From Lepidodermella squamata (lineage: Eukaryota > Animalia > Gastrotricha): DNA of 64,000 nt. The DNA lies in NCBI GenBank assembly GCA_047495785.1, contig JBLDXI010000031.1, positions 1,612,001-1,676,000 on the forward strand, written 5' to 3'. The position numbers were made by a program, and so were the translations under genes. Below, in pieces: positions 48,685 through 60,600 of the stretch. The stretch's first letter is position 1. Every line of letters starts with the position of its first letter. Under the pieces are notes generated by a model that saw only the letters and a list, made by a program, of their open reading frames with translations, did not search any database and was not told the origin of the DNA.

Positions 48685-51600
48685 ATGCGCCTTAAAATGA
48701 GGCTGATAGCCATAGCAATCAGCTTTGCGCTAGCATCTCTAGGTTCGTGCTAATTTCCAGAAAATAAGCTCGGCATTTTATGACAAAATCTTTTATATAG
48801 CTCAAACTCAAGCTCAATTTTTGAACAGCGATTTGAAATTCAACAGTCGAAAGTCCGGAGAAGATAACAAATTGCGTGGAGGTTTGCGAGGTTTGTCAGA
48901 GACAACTACGTCGAGGCAGTTGAATGCGACGACGACGACAACGAAATCGGAGAACAGAACTGGGCAAACGGCGACGATTGCAACTGAAGGTAGGCGGGAG
49001 CCAAGCCCTTCAACGGCAACGTCGGCTACAACAACAACAGCTGCTTCAACTGCGAAAGCAGTAACATCTACGACGTCAACTCCTACTACAACAACAACGT
49101 CTACAACGCCGTCGACGTCAACCTCGACTACGGCAGCTACTACAACAACTGCGTCAACGGCGAAAACGTCGACATCAACAACAGTAGCATCGACGACGAC
49201 AACGACAGCCCAAACTACTTCTACGCCGACAACTACAAGTTCGACTACGTCAACCTCGACTACGAAGCCGAGAGGGGCTGTTGATCTGGGTCAAAAGAGC
49301 AAATCTTCGCGCGAAATCAATTTGGCTCGGAAGTCAGATGTCGACCGAGTGGAAGAGGCCAGGGTTCGATCTGAGAACCCGCCTGTGCTGGCTCGGCCTG
49401 GCAAGGTCGATTCAGATGAGACGAGGCGGCGAGCAGGTGTTGCTGGTTCAACAACTGGCGGTACCACCACGACATTGACTACGCGTCGTGAAGACGCCGG
49501 AAGTGATAAATGTAGAGGATCTCACGAAAATGATGATACACACAAAAAGGGAGTGTTAAATCGGGCGAGAGGCTTGATCGGCCGGCTGGCTGATGGAACA
49601 ACAGAGGGCGGGATCCTGAATCGCACCAATGGGACAACTCCGATGCCAACTTCATCAACGACTAGAATGAAGCGTCGATCAGGATCGAGCGAGAAAGTTG
49701 ATAAGTCGCGATCGAGACCTCTGTCGAACGACGAAGAAACCAGGGGGATACAAAAAGAAGGTCCCCGAGAAAAATCTGAGCCAAAGCTTCCACCCATACC
49801 AGTACCAAGGTTTCAGGGATCTGACTCCGTAGAATTGCAGGCGGATTCGAGCGAAGAAACCCCAGGAATGCAAACCCCAGGCCGAGCTGTCGTGAAAGTG
49901 ACCCAGGCGGCGCCCGTGATCCCGGCGAAAAAGGACAAATGCGACAGGTCTCACGAGAGTGACCAGCATCACAGCAAAGAGCGGTTCAAGAATCCGAAAT
50001 CGCCTCTAGACGGGAAGAAGTTCCGCGAGAAGTGCTCCCGAGAGAACAAACCTCGATCAGGTCCCAGGCCGGGGCGACGATCCGGTTCGAAGGAGAAGCG
50101 TGGGTCCGGCTCGAAGGAGAAACCTGGCAAACCCAGCCCTCTTCCGGAGTTCCATCGACGTCGATCCGGCTCGAAAGAGAAACGACCGCGTTCAGGCTCG
50201 AAAGAGAAGAAACCGGTGCCGGTTCCAGCCACCCAGGCGGCGCCCGTGATCCCGGCGAAAAAGGACAAATGCGACAGGTCTCACGAGAGTGACCAGCATC
50301 ACAGCAAAGAGCGGTTCAAGAATCCGAAATCGCCTCTAGACGGGAAGAAGTTCCGCGAGAAGTGCTCCCGAGAGAACAAACCTCGATCAGGTCCCAGGCC
50401 GGGGCGACGATCCGGTTCGAAGGAGAAGCGTGGGTCCGGCTCGAAGGAGAAACCTGGCAAACCCAGCCCTCTTCCGGAGTTCCATCGACGTCGATCCGGC
50501 TCGAAAGAGAAACGACCGCGTTCAGGCTCGAAAGAGAAGAAACCGGTGCCGGTTCCAGCCACCCAGGCGGCGCCCGTGATCCCGGCGAAAAAGGACAAAT
50601 GCGACAGGTCTCACGAGAGTGACCAGCATCACAGCAAAGAGCGGTTCAAGAATCCGAAATCGCCTCTAGACGGGAAGAAGTTCCGCGAGAAGTGCTCCCG
50701 AGAGAACAAACCTCGATCAGGTCCCAGGCCGGGGCGACGATCCGGTTCGAAGGAGAAGCGTGGGTCCGGCTCGAAGGAGAAACCTGGCAAACCCAGCCCT
50801 CTTCCGGAGTTCCATCGACGTCGATCCGGCTCGAAAGAGAAACGACCGCGTTCAGGCTCGAAAGAGAAGAAACCGGTGCCGGTTCCAGCCACCCAGGCGG
50901 CGCCCGTGATCCCGGCGAAAAAGGACAAATGCGACAGGTCTCACGAGAGTGACCAGCATCACAGCAAAGAGCGGTTCAAGAATCCGAAATCGCCTCTAGA
51001 CGGGAAGAAGTTCCGCGAGAAGTGCTCCCGAGAGAACAAACCTCGATCAGGTCCCAGGCCGGGGCGACGATCCGGTTCGAAGGAGAAGCGTGGGTCCGGC
51101 TCGAAGGAGAAACCTGGCAAACCCAGCCCTCTTCCGGAGTTCCATCGACGTCGATCCGGCTCGAAAGAGAAACGACCGCGTTCAGGCTCGAAAGAGAAGA
51201 AACCGGTGCCGGTTCCAGCCACCCAGGCGGCGCCCGTGATCCCGGCGAAAAAGGACAAATGCGACAGGTCTCACGAGAGTGACCAGCATCACAGCAAAGA
51301 GCGGTTCAAGAATCCGAAATCGCCTCTAGACGGGAAGAAGTTCCGCGAGAAGTGCTCCCGAGAGAACAAACCTCGATCAGGTCCCAGGCCGGGGCGACGA
51401 TCCGGTTCGAAGGAGAAGCGTGGGTCCGGCTCGAAGGAGAAACCTGGCAAACCCAGCCCTCTTCCGGAGTTCCATCGACGTCGATCCGGCTCGAAAGAGA
51501 AACGACCGCGTTCAGGCTCGAAAGAGAAGAAACCGGTGCCGGTTCCAGCCACCCAGGCGGCGCCCGTGATCCCGGCGAAAAAGGACAAATGCGACAGGTC

Positions 51601-54600
51601 TCACGAGAGTGACCAGCATCACAGCAAAGAGCGGTTCAAGAATCCGAAATCGCCTCTAGACGGGAAGAAGTTCCGCGAGAAGTGCTCCCGAGAGAACAAA
51701 CCTCGATCAGGTCCCAGGCCGGGGCGACGATCCGGTTCGAAGGAGAAGCGTGGGTCCGGCTCGAAGGAGAAACCTGGCAAACCCAGCCCTCTTCCGGAGT
51801 TCCATCGACGTCGATCCGGCTCGAAAGAGAAACGACCGCGTTCAGGCTCGAAAGAGAAGAAACCGGTGCCGGTTCCAGCCACCCAGGCGGCGCCCGTGAT
51901 CCCGGCGAAAAAGGACAAATGCGACAGGTCTCACGAGAGTGACCAGCATCACAGCAAAGAGCGGTTCAAGAATCCGAAATCGCCTCTAGACGGGAAGAAG
52001 TTCCGCGAGAAGTGCTCCCGAGAGAACAAACCTCGATCAGGTCCCAGGCCGGGGCGACGATCCGGTTCGAAGGAGAAGCGTGGGTCCGGCTCGAAGGAGA
52101 AACCTGGCAAACCCAGCCCTCTTCCGGAGTTCCATCGACGTCGATCCGGCTCGAAAGAGAAACGACCGCGTTCAGGCTCGAAAGAGAAGAAACCGGTGCC
52201 GGTTCCAGCCACCCAGGCGGCGCCCGTGATCCCGGCGAAAAAGGACAAATGCGACAGGTCTCACGAGAGTGACCAGCATCACAGCAAAGAGCGGTTCAAG
52301 AATCCGAAATCGCCTCTAGACGGGAAGAAGTTCCGCGAGAAGTGCTCCCGAGAGAACAAACCTCGATCAGGTCCCAGGCCGGGGCGACGATCCGGTTCGA
52401 AGGAGAAGCGTGGGTCCGGCTCGAAGGAGAAACCTGGCAAACCCAGCCCTCTTCCGGAGTTCCATCGACGTCGATCCGGCTCGAAAGAGAAACGACCGCG
52501 TTCAGGCTCGAAAGAGAAGAAACCGGTGCCGGTTCCAGCCACCCAGGCGGCGCCCGTGATCCCGGCGAAAAAGGACAAATGCGACAGGTCTCACGAGAGT
52601 GACCAGCATCACAGCAAAGAGCGGTTCAAGAATCCGAAATCGCCTCTAGACGGGAAGAAGTTCCGCGAGAAGTGCTCCCGAGAGAACAAACCTCGATCAG
52701 GTCCCAGGCCGGGGCGACGATCCGGTTCGAAGGAGAAGCGTGGGTCCGGCTCGAAGGAGAAACCTGGCAAACCCAGCCCTCTTCCGGAGTTCCATCGACG
52801 TCGATCCGGCTCGAAAGAGAAACGACCGCGTTCAGGCTCGAAAGAGAAGAAACCGGTGCCGGTTCCAGCCACCCAGGCGGCGCCCGTGATCCCGGCGAAA
52901 AAGGACAAATGCGACAGGTCTCACGAGAGTGACCAGCATCACAGCAAAGAGCGGTTCAAGAATCCGAAATCGCCTCTAGACGGGAAGAAGTTCCGCGAGA
53001 AGTGCTCCCGAGAGAACAAACCTCGATCAGGTCCCAGGCCGGGGCGACGATCCGGTTCGAAGGAGAAGCGTGGGTCCGGCTCGAAGGAGAAACCTGGCAA
53101 ACCCAGCCCTCTTCCGGAGTTCCATCGACGTCGATCCGGCTCGAAAGAGAAACGACCGCGTTCAGGCTCGAAAGAGAAGAAACCGGTGCCGGTTCCAGCC
53201 ACCCAGGCGGCGCCCGTGATCCCGGCGAAAAAGGACAAATGCGACAGGTCTCACGAGAGTGACCAGCATCACAGCAAAGAGCGGTTCAAGAATCCGAAAT
53301 CGCCTCTAGACGGGAAGAAGTTCCGCGAGAAGTGCTCCCGAGAGAACAAACCTCGATCAGGTCCCAGGCCGGGGCGACGATCCGGTTCGAAGGAGAAGCG
53401 TGGGTCCGGCTCGAAGGAGAAACCTGGCAAACCCAGCCCTCTTCCGGAGTTCCATCGACGTCGATCCGGCTCGAAAGAGAAACGACCGCGTTCAGGCTCG
53501 AAAGAGAAGAAACCGGTGCCGGTTCCAGCCACCCAGGCGGCGCCCGTGATCCCGGCGAAAAAGGACAAATGCGACAGGTCTCACGAGAGTGACCAGCATC
53601 ACAGCAAAGAGCGGTTCAAGAATCCGAAATCGCCTCTAGACGGGAAGAAGTTCCGCGAGAAGTGCTCCCGAGAGAACAAACCTCGATCAGGTCCCAGGCC
53701 GGGGCGACGATCCGGTTCGAAGGAGAAGCGTGGGTCCGGCTCGAAGGAGAAACCTGGCAAACCCAGCCCTCTTCCGGAGTTCCATCGACGTCGATCCGGC
53801 TCGAAAGAGAAACGACCGCGTTCAGGCTCGAAAGAGAAGAAACCGGTGCCGGTTCCAGCCACCCAGGCGGCGCCCGTGATCCCGGCGAAAAAGGACAAAT
53901 GCGACAGGTCTCACGAGAGTGACCAGCATCACAGCAAAGAGCGGTTCAAGAATCCGAAATCGCCTCTAGACGGGAAGAAGTTCCGCGAGAAGTGCTCCCG
54001 AGAGAACAAACCTCGATCAGGTCCCAGGCCGGGGCGACGATCCGGTTCGAAGGAGAAGCGTGGGTCCGGCTCGAAGGAGAAACCTGGCAAACCCAGCCCT
54101 CTTCCGGAGTTCCATCGACGTCGATCCGGCTCGAAAGAGAAACGACCGCGTTCAGGCTCGAAAGAGAAGAAACCGGTGCCGGTTCCAGCCACCCAGGCGG
54201 CGCCCGTGATCCCGGCGAAAAAGGACAAATGCGACAGGTCTCACGAGAGTGACCAGCATCACAGCAAAGAGCGGTTCAAGAATCCGAAATCGCCTCTAGA
54301 CGGGAAGAAGTTCCGCGAGAAGTGCTCCCGAGAGAACAAACCTCGATCAGGTCCCAGGCCGGGGCGACGATCCGGTTCGAAGGAGAAGCGTGGGTCCGGC
54401 TCGAAGGAGAAACCTGGCAAACCCAGCCCTCTTCCGGAGTTCCATCGACGTCGATCCGGCTCGAAAGAGAAACGACCGCGTTCAGGCTCGAAAGAGAAGA
54501 AACCGGTGCCGGTTCCAGCCACCCAGGCGGCGCCCGTGATCCCGGCGAAAAAGGACAAATGCGACAGGTCTCACGAGAGTGACCAGCATCACAGCAAAGA

Positions 54601-57600
54601 GCGGTTCAAGAATCCGAAATCGCCTCTAGACGGGAAGAAGTTCCGCGAGAAGTGCTCCCGAGAGAACAAACCTCGATCAGGTCCCAGGCCGGGGCGACGA
54701 TCCGGTTCGAAGGAGAAGCGTGGGTCCGGCTCGAAGGAGAAACCTGGCAAACCCAGCCCTCTTCCGGAGTTCCATCGACGTCGATCCGGCTCGAAAGAGA
54801 AACGACCGCGTTCAGGCTCGAAAGAGAAGAAACCGGTGCCGGTTCCAGCCACCCAGGCGGCGCCCGTGATCCCGGCGAAAAAGGACAAATGCGACAGGTC
54901 TCACGAGAGTGACCAGCATCACAGCAAAGAGCGGTTCAAGAATCCGAAATCGCCTCTAGACGGGAAGAAGTTCCGCGAGAAGTGCTCCCGAGAGAACAAA
55001 CCTCGATCAGGTCCCAGGCCGGGGCGACGATCCGGTTCGAAGGAGAAGCGTGGGTCCGGCTCGAAGGAAAAACCTGGGAGACCTCGAATCCCGTATTATC
55101 CGGACATCCGTGACACGGAGAAACGTTGCGCGTCAAAAGAACAGGAAACCAAAAGCCAAGTTATCAGTAAGATTCTTGATTTGCTGGCATTTTCCATTGA
55201 ACGTTTTATCTTCCACACAGTGTTGAAGTCAAGTGATGGCGCCGCGGGTGTCAATGGCGCTGACGGATCTCCAGGTAAATAAACCTTTCTTTTTCAAGAT
55301 CATTTTGTGAACTACTCCTTGTTATGCTGCTGTACGCTTGTATAAGTATTAACAATTTCTTTTAAACGTCAATATCAAGGCCCATATTTTTCTTAGCTGG
55401 AGGCCTTTTACTTGCATTTAATATGCAGACTTGGTTTTATTCATTCATACGACGGCAAGTTTTGAAACATGATTTTCTTCAGGTCTTCTGAGTATTTGAG
55501 GTTTGAGCGTCCATAATTCTGTGTATATTTCCACGAAAATATCGTGGGACAAGGCGCGTTGCACTAGACTAAAGGTAACGCGCTTCCCTTTTCAGAGAAT
55601 GCTCCAGTGAGTTCCGCTTAAGTCGTAGTAGAACATCGTAGCGTTTCACCAACTCCAATCTCCCGAGCGACGAGAACAATGATCAATGATAGAGATTCTT
55701 CTAGTTTCTTACTAGAAGAATCTTCGTGTCTTGCCAGTTCGCCAATTCCTACAGGAACACCCCGGTACACTCGAACGTTGCCCGGTTCCAGTAATTTTCG
55801 ACATTTCACTAACATTTATGCCGTAATTGAATATTTCAATAAACCACAAAAAACTCTTATACCATGCGCGTCCTCGATTACAATTTCAAAAAGTACAAAA
55901 ACTCAAAAACCTAAGTGAAACATTGTATTACCGGATTTCGAAATAGATGCGTGCAAAAGTAATGTATGGAAATATGAATTACTTCCAACCTTCCGAACAT
56001 TTTAAAACGTCTATCTCTAATTGTGATTGCAGGATTACAAGGATCTCAAGGCGAAAAAGGCACTCAGGGTGATCAAGGATTGACAGGACCTACCGGTTCT
56101 CAAGGTCCTCTTGGCAGCACCGGTCCGATGGGCAGTCAAGGCTACAAAGGCTACCAAGGTGATCAAGGCGCAACAGGCCCTGTTGGCAGTACTGGTGCGA
56201 AGGGCACTCAGGGTGATCAAGGATTGACAGGACCTACCGGTTCTCAAGGTCCTCTTGGCAGCACCGGTCCGATGGGCAGTCAAGGCTACAAAGGCTACCA
56301 AGGTGATCAAGGCGCAACAGGCCCTGTTGGCAGTACTGGTGCGAAGGGCACTCAGGGTGATCAAGGATTGACAGGACCTACCGGTTCTCAAGGTCCTCTT
56401 GGCAGCACCGGTCCGATGGGCAGTCAAGGCTACAAAGGCTACCAAGGTGATCAAGGCGCAACAGGCCCTGTTGGCAGTACTGGTGCGAAGGGCACTCAGG
56501 GTGATCAAGGATTGACAGGACCTACCGGTTCTCAAGGTCCTCTTGGCAGCACCGGTCCGATGGGCAGTCAAGGCTACAAAGGCTACCAAGGTGATCAAGG
56601 CGCAACAGGCCCTGTTGGCAGTACTGGTGCGAAGGGCACTCAGGGTGATCAAGGATTGACAGGACCTACCGGTTCTCAAGGTCCTCTTGGCAGCACCGGT
56701 CCGATGGGCAGTCAAGGCTACAAAGGCTACCAAGGTGATCAAGGCGCAACAGGCCCTGTTGGCAGTACTGGTGCGAAGGGCACTCAGGGTGATCAAGGAT
56801 TGACAGGACCTACCGGTTCTCAAGGTCCTCTTGGCAGCACCGGTCCGATGGGCAGTCAAGGCTACAAAGGCTACCAAGGTGATCAAGGCGCAACAGGCCC
56901 TGTTGGCAGTACTGGTGCGAAGGGCACTCAGGGTGATCAAGGATTGACAGGACCTACCGGTTCTCAAGGTCCTCTTGGCAGCACCGGTCCGATGGGCAGT
57001 CAAGGCTACAAAGGCTACCAAGGTGATCAAGGCGCAACAGGCCCTGTTGGCAGTACTGGTGCGAAGGGCACTCAGGGTGATCAAGGATTGACAGGACCTA
57101 CCGGTTCTCAAGGTCCTCTTGGCAGCACCGGTCCGATGGGCAGTCAAGGCTACAAAGGCTACCAAGGTGATCAAGGCGCAACAGGCCCTGTTGGCAGTAC
57201 TGGTGCGAAGGGCACTCAGGGTGATCAAGGATTGACAGGACCTACCGGTTCTCAAGGTCCTCTTGGCAGCACCGGTCCGATGGGCAGTCAAGGCTACAAA
57301 GGCTACCAAGGTGATCAAGGCGCAACAGGCCCTGTTGGCAGTACTGGTGCGAAGGGCACTCAGGGTGATCAAGGATTGACAGGACCTACCGGTTCTCAAG
57401 GTCCTCTTGGCAGCACCGGTCCGATGGGCAGTCAAGGCTACAAAGGCTACCAAGGTGATCAAGGCGCAACAGGCCCTGTTGGCAGTACTGGTGCGAAGGG
57501 CACTCAGGGTGATCAAGGATTGACAGGACCTACCGGTTCTCAAGGTCCTCTTGGCAGCACCGGTCCGATGGGCAGTCAAGGCTACAAAGGCTACCAAGGT

Positions 57601-60600
57601 GATCAAGGCGCAACAGGCCCTGTTGGCAGTACTGGTGCGAAGGGCACTCAGGGTGATCAAGGATTGACAGGACCTACCGGTTCTCAAGGTCCTCTTGGCA
57701 GCACCGGTCCGATGGGCAGTCAAGGCTACAAAGGCTACCAAGGTGATCAAGGCGCAACAGGCCCTGTTGGCAGTACTGGTGCGAAGGGCACTCAGGGTGA
57801 TCAAGGATTGACAGGACCTACCGGTTCTCAAGGTCCTCTTGGCAGCACCGGTCCGATGGGCAGTCAAGGCTACAAAGGCTACCAAGGTGATCAAGGCGCA
57901 ACAGGCCCTGTTGGCAGTACTGGTGCGAAGGGCACTCAGGGTGATCAAGGATTGACAGGACCTACCGGTTCTCAAGGTCCTCTTGGCAGCACCGGTCCGA
58001 TGGGCAGTCAAGGCTACAAAGGCTACCAAGGTGATCAAGGCGCAACAGGCCCTGTTGGCAGTACTGGTGCGAAGGGCACTCAGGGTGATCAAGGATTGAC
58101 AGGACCTACCGGTTCTCAAGGTCCTCTTGGCAGCACCGGTCCGATGGGCAGTCAAGGCTACAAAGGCTACCAAGGTGATCAAGGCGCAACAGGCCCTGTT
58201 GGCAGTACTGGTGCGAAGGGCACTCAGGGTGATCAAGGATTGACAGGACCTACCGGTTCTCAAGGTCCTCTTGGCAGCACCGGTCCGATGGGCAGTCAAG
58301 GCTACAAAGGCTACCAAGGTGATCAAGGCGCAACAGGCCCTGTTGGCAGTACTGGTGCGAAGGGCACTCAGGGTGATCAAGGATTGACAGGACCTACCGG
58401 TTCTCAAGGTCCTCTTGGCAGCACCGGTCCGATGGGCAGTCAAGGCTACAAAGGCTACCAAGGTGATCAAGGCGCAACAGGCCCTGTTGGCAGTACTGGT
58501 GCGAAGGGCACTCAGGGTGATCAAGGATTGACAGGACCTACCGGTTCTCAAGGTCCTCTTGGCAGCACCGGTCCGATGGGCAGTCAAGGCTACAAAGGCT
58601 ACCAAGGTGATCAAGGCGCAACAGGCCCTGTTGGCAGTACTGGTGCGAAGGGCACTCAGGGTGATCAAGGATTGACAGGACCTACCGGTTCTCAAGGTCC
58701 TCTTGGCAGCACCGGTCCGATGGGCAGTCAAGGCTACAAAGGCTACCAAGGTGATCAAGGCGCAACAGGCCCTGTTGGCAGTACTGGTGCGAAGGGCACT
58801 CAGGGTGATCAAGGATTGACAGGACCTACCGGTTCTCAAGGTCCTCTTGGCAGCACCGGTCCGATGGGCAGTCAAGGCTACAAAGGCTACCAAGGTGATC
58901 AAGGCGCAACAGGCCCTGTTGGCAGTACTGGTGCGAAGGGCACTCAGGGTGATCAAGGATTGACAGGACCTACCGGTTCTCAAGGTCCTCTTGGCAGCAC
59001 CGGTCCGATGGGCAGTCAAGGCTACAAAGGCTACCAAGGTGATCAAGGCGCAACAGGCCCTGTTGGCAGTACTGGTGCGAAGGGCACTCAGGGTGATCAA
59101 GGATTGACAGGACCTACCGGTTCTCAAGGTCCTCTTGGCAGCACCGGTCCGATGGGCAGTCAAGGCTACAAAGGCTACCAAGGTGATCAAGGCGCAACAG
59201 GCCCTGTTGGCAGTACTGGTGCGAAGGGCACTCAGGGTGATCAAGGATTGACAGGACCTACCGGTTCTCAAGGTCCTCTTGGCAGCACCGGTCCGATGGG
59301 CAGTCAAGGCTACAAAGGCTACCAAGGTGATCAAGGCGCAACAGGCCCTGTTGGCAGTACTGGTGCGAAGGGCACTCAGGGTGATCAAGGATTGACAGGA
59401 CCTACCGGTTCTCAAGGTCCTCTTGGCAGCACCGGTCCGATGGGCAGTCAAGGCTACAAAGGTAATGAGACCAATTATCATTTTGTGTAACCAACATCAG
59501 CTGCTATCATTTTCTTCTCTAGGTAATTCGGGGGCACCTGGTCCTGTTGGGTCGCCGGGAATTTCTGGTGCTACTGGTGTGCCAGGAAAGACTGGGCAAA
59601 CTGGAAGCCAAGGAACTCCTGGTATGAAGCTCACATTTTTATGATGAAATTGGTGAAATTATTAGCGTGGCAGACATTAATCTTACTGCTGGGTGTTTTC
59701 TGAATTGACACATCTTATGCTACCTAAAGCAATTCTCACGCTAATTCATTCGAATTAATTTGCATGAAAGAAATTGATCAAATCAAAACTTTGCGCGCGC
59801 GGAAAATTTCCGCATACGGTAGCATATGGCATTACGGGTTATGTTCGTGACGCTTTTAGCATGAGCGGGAAGCACGATGACACAAGTATCGTGCTTAAAA
59901 AGGGCATTGCAAGCTGACGAGGGACTGGAGACAGGCGGTCGAAAACATGCTAGCAGAGAGGTTTGAGTATCGTTTTGCAGACCTCTCGGACTAGGTAAGA
60001 AATTAAGCCTATTTGTACCTAAAATAGGCTTAATTTCTTACCCAGTCCGAGAGGTCTGCAAAACGATACTCTAACGAATATCTCGCCCGAATATCTCGCG
60101 TTCACTTTTTACGTCTATTGTCTACATGTTACGTCTCAGCGAGGCAAATATTGAATGGCTCAGGGAAATTGTGAATCGAGCTTGGATAGATGGGTCCCAG
60201 AAGGATGGTCAACGGCTATAATTACCCCAATTTATAAAAATAAAGGTGAGAAATCAAAGTACCAAAACTACAGAGGCATCAGCCTTTTAAGTGTTGTAGG
60301 AAAACTCTGCTATTATCCCCGAACTATGCTATTATCCCCGAAAGAAAACTGAGAGCGAAAACTGAGAGGGTCACAAATTTCTTAACTACAATTTGGTTTT
60401 CAACCCCTCAAAGGCACCAAATGCATTAACGTTCTCTGACAAATTATTAAGAAAATTATATTCTGTAAGAAGGAACACCACCTAGTCTTCACCGATCTCA
60501 AAAAAGCCTATGATCTGGTGGACAGGGAAAAAGTATGAGCTGCCCTCCAAAATATGGGTGTAGAACCCAGCTTAATTGAAGTTATTCAAAGTTTGTAAAA

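Noticed and set aside
49901-55077. Regular repeat arrays as a possible CRISPR array or non-coding satellite; repeated 86-aa and 99-aa alternative-frame ORFs
   Set aside because: There are no unique spacers, unit lengths are multiples of 3 inside a spliced reading frame, and the context is eukaryotic. The short ORFs are off-frame by-products.
26821-55077. Similar unit lengths of the collagen A cassette (112 aa) and the collagen B head repeat (110 aa) as a matched binding register
   Set aside because: One is a rigid helix and the other is predicted disordered, so residue counts do not translate to equal lengths. There is no sequence relationship.
56035-59481. 1148-aa ORF on the minus strand, and the 139-aa minus-strand ORFs at 61343-63811
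   Set aside because: Antisense shadows of the Gly-X-Y repeats. A stop-free unit repeated perfectly gives a long ORF automatically, and its limits coincide with the + strand exon.
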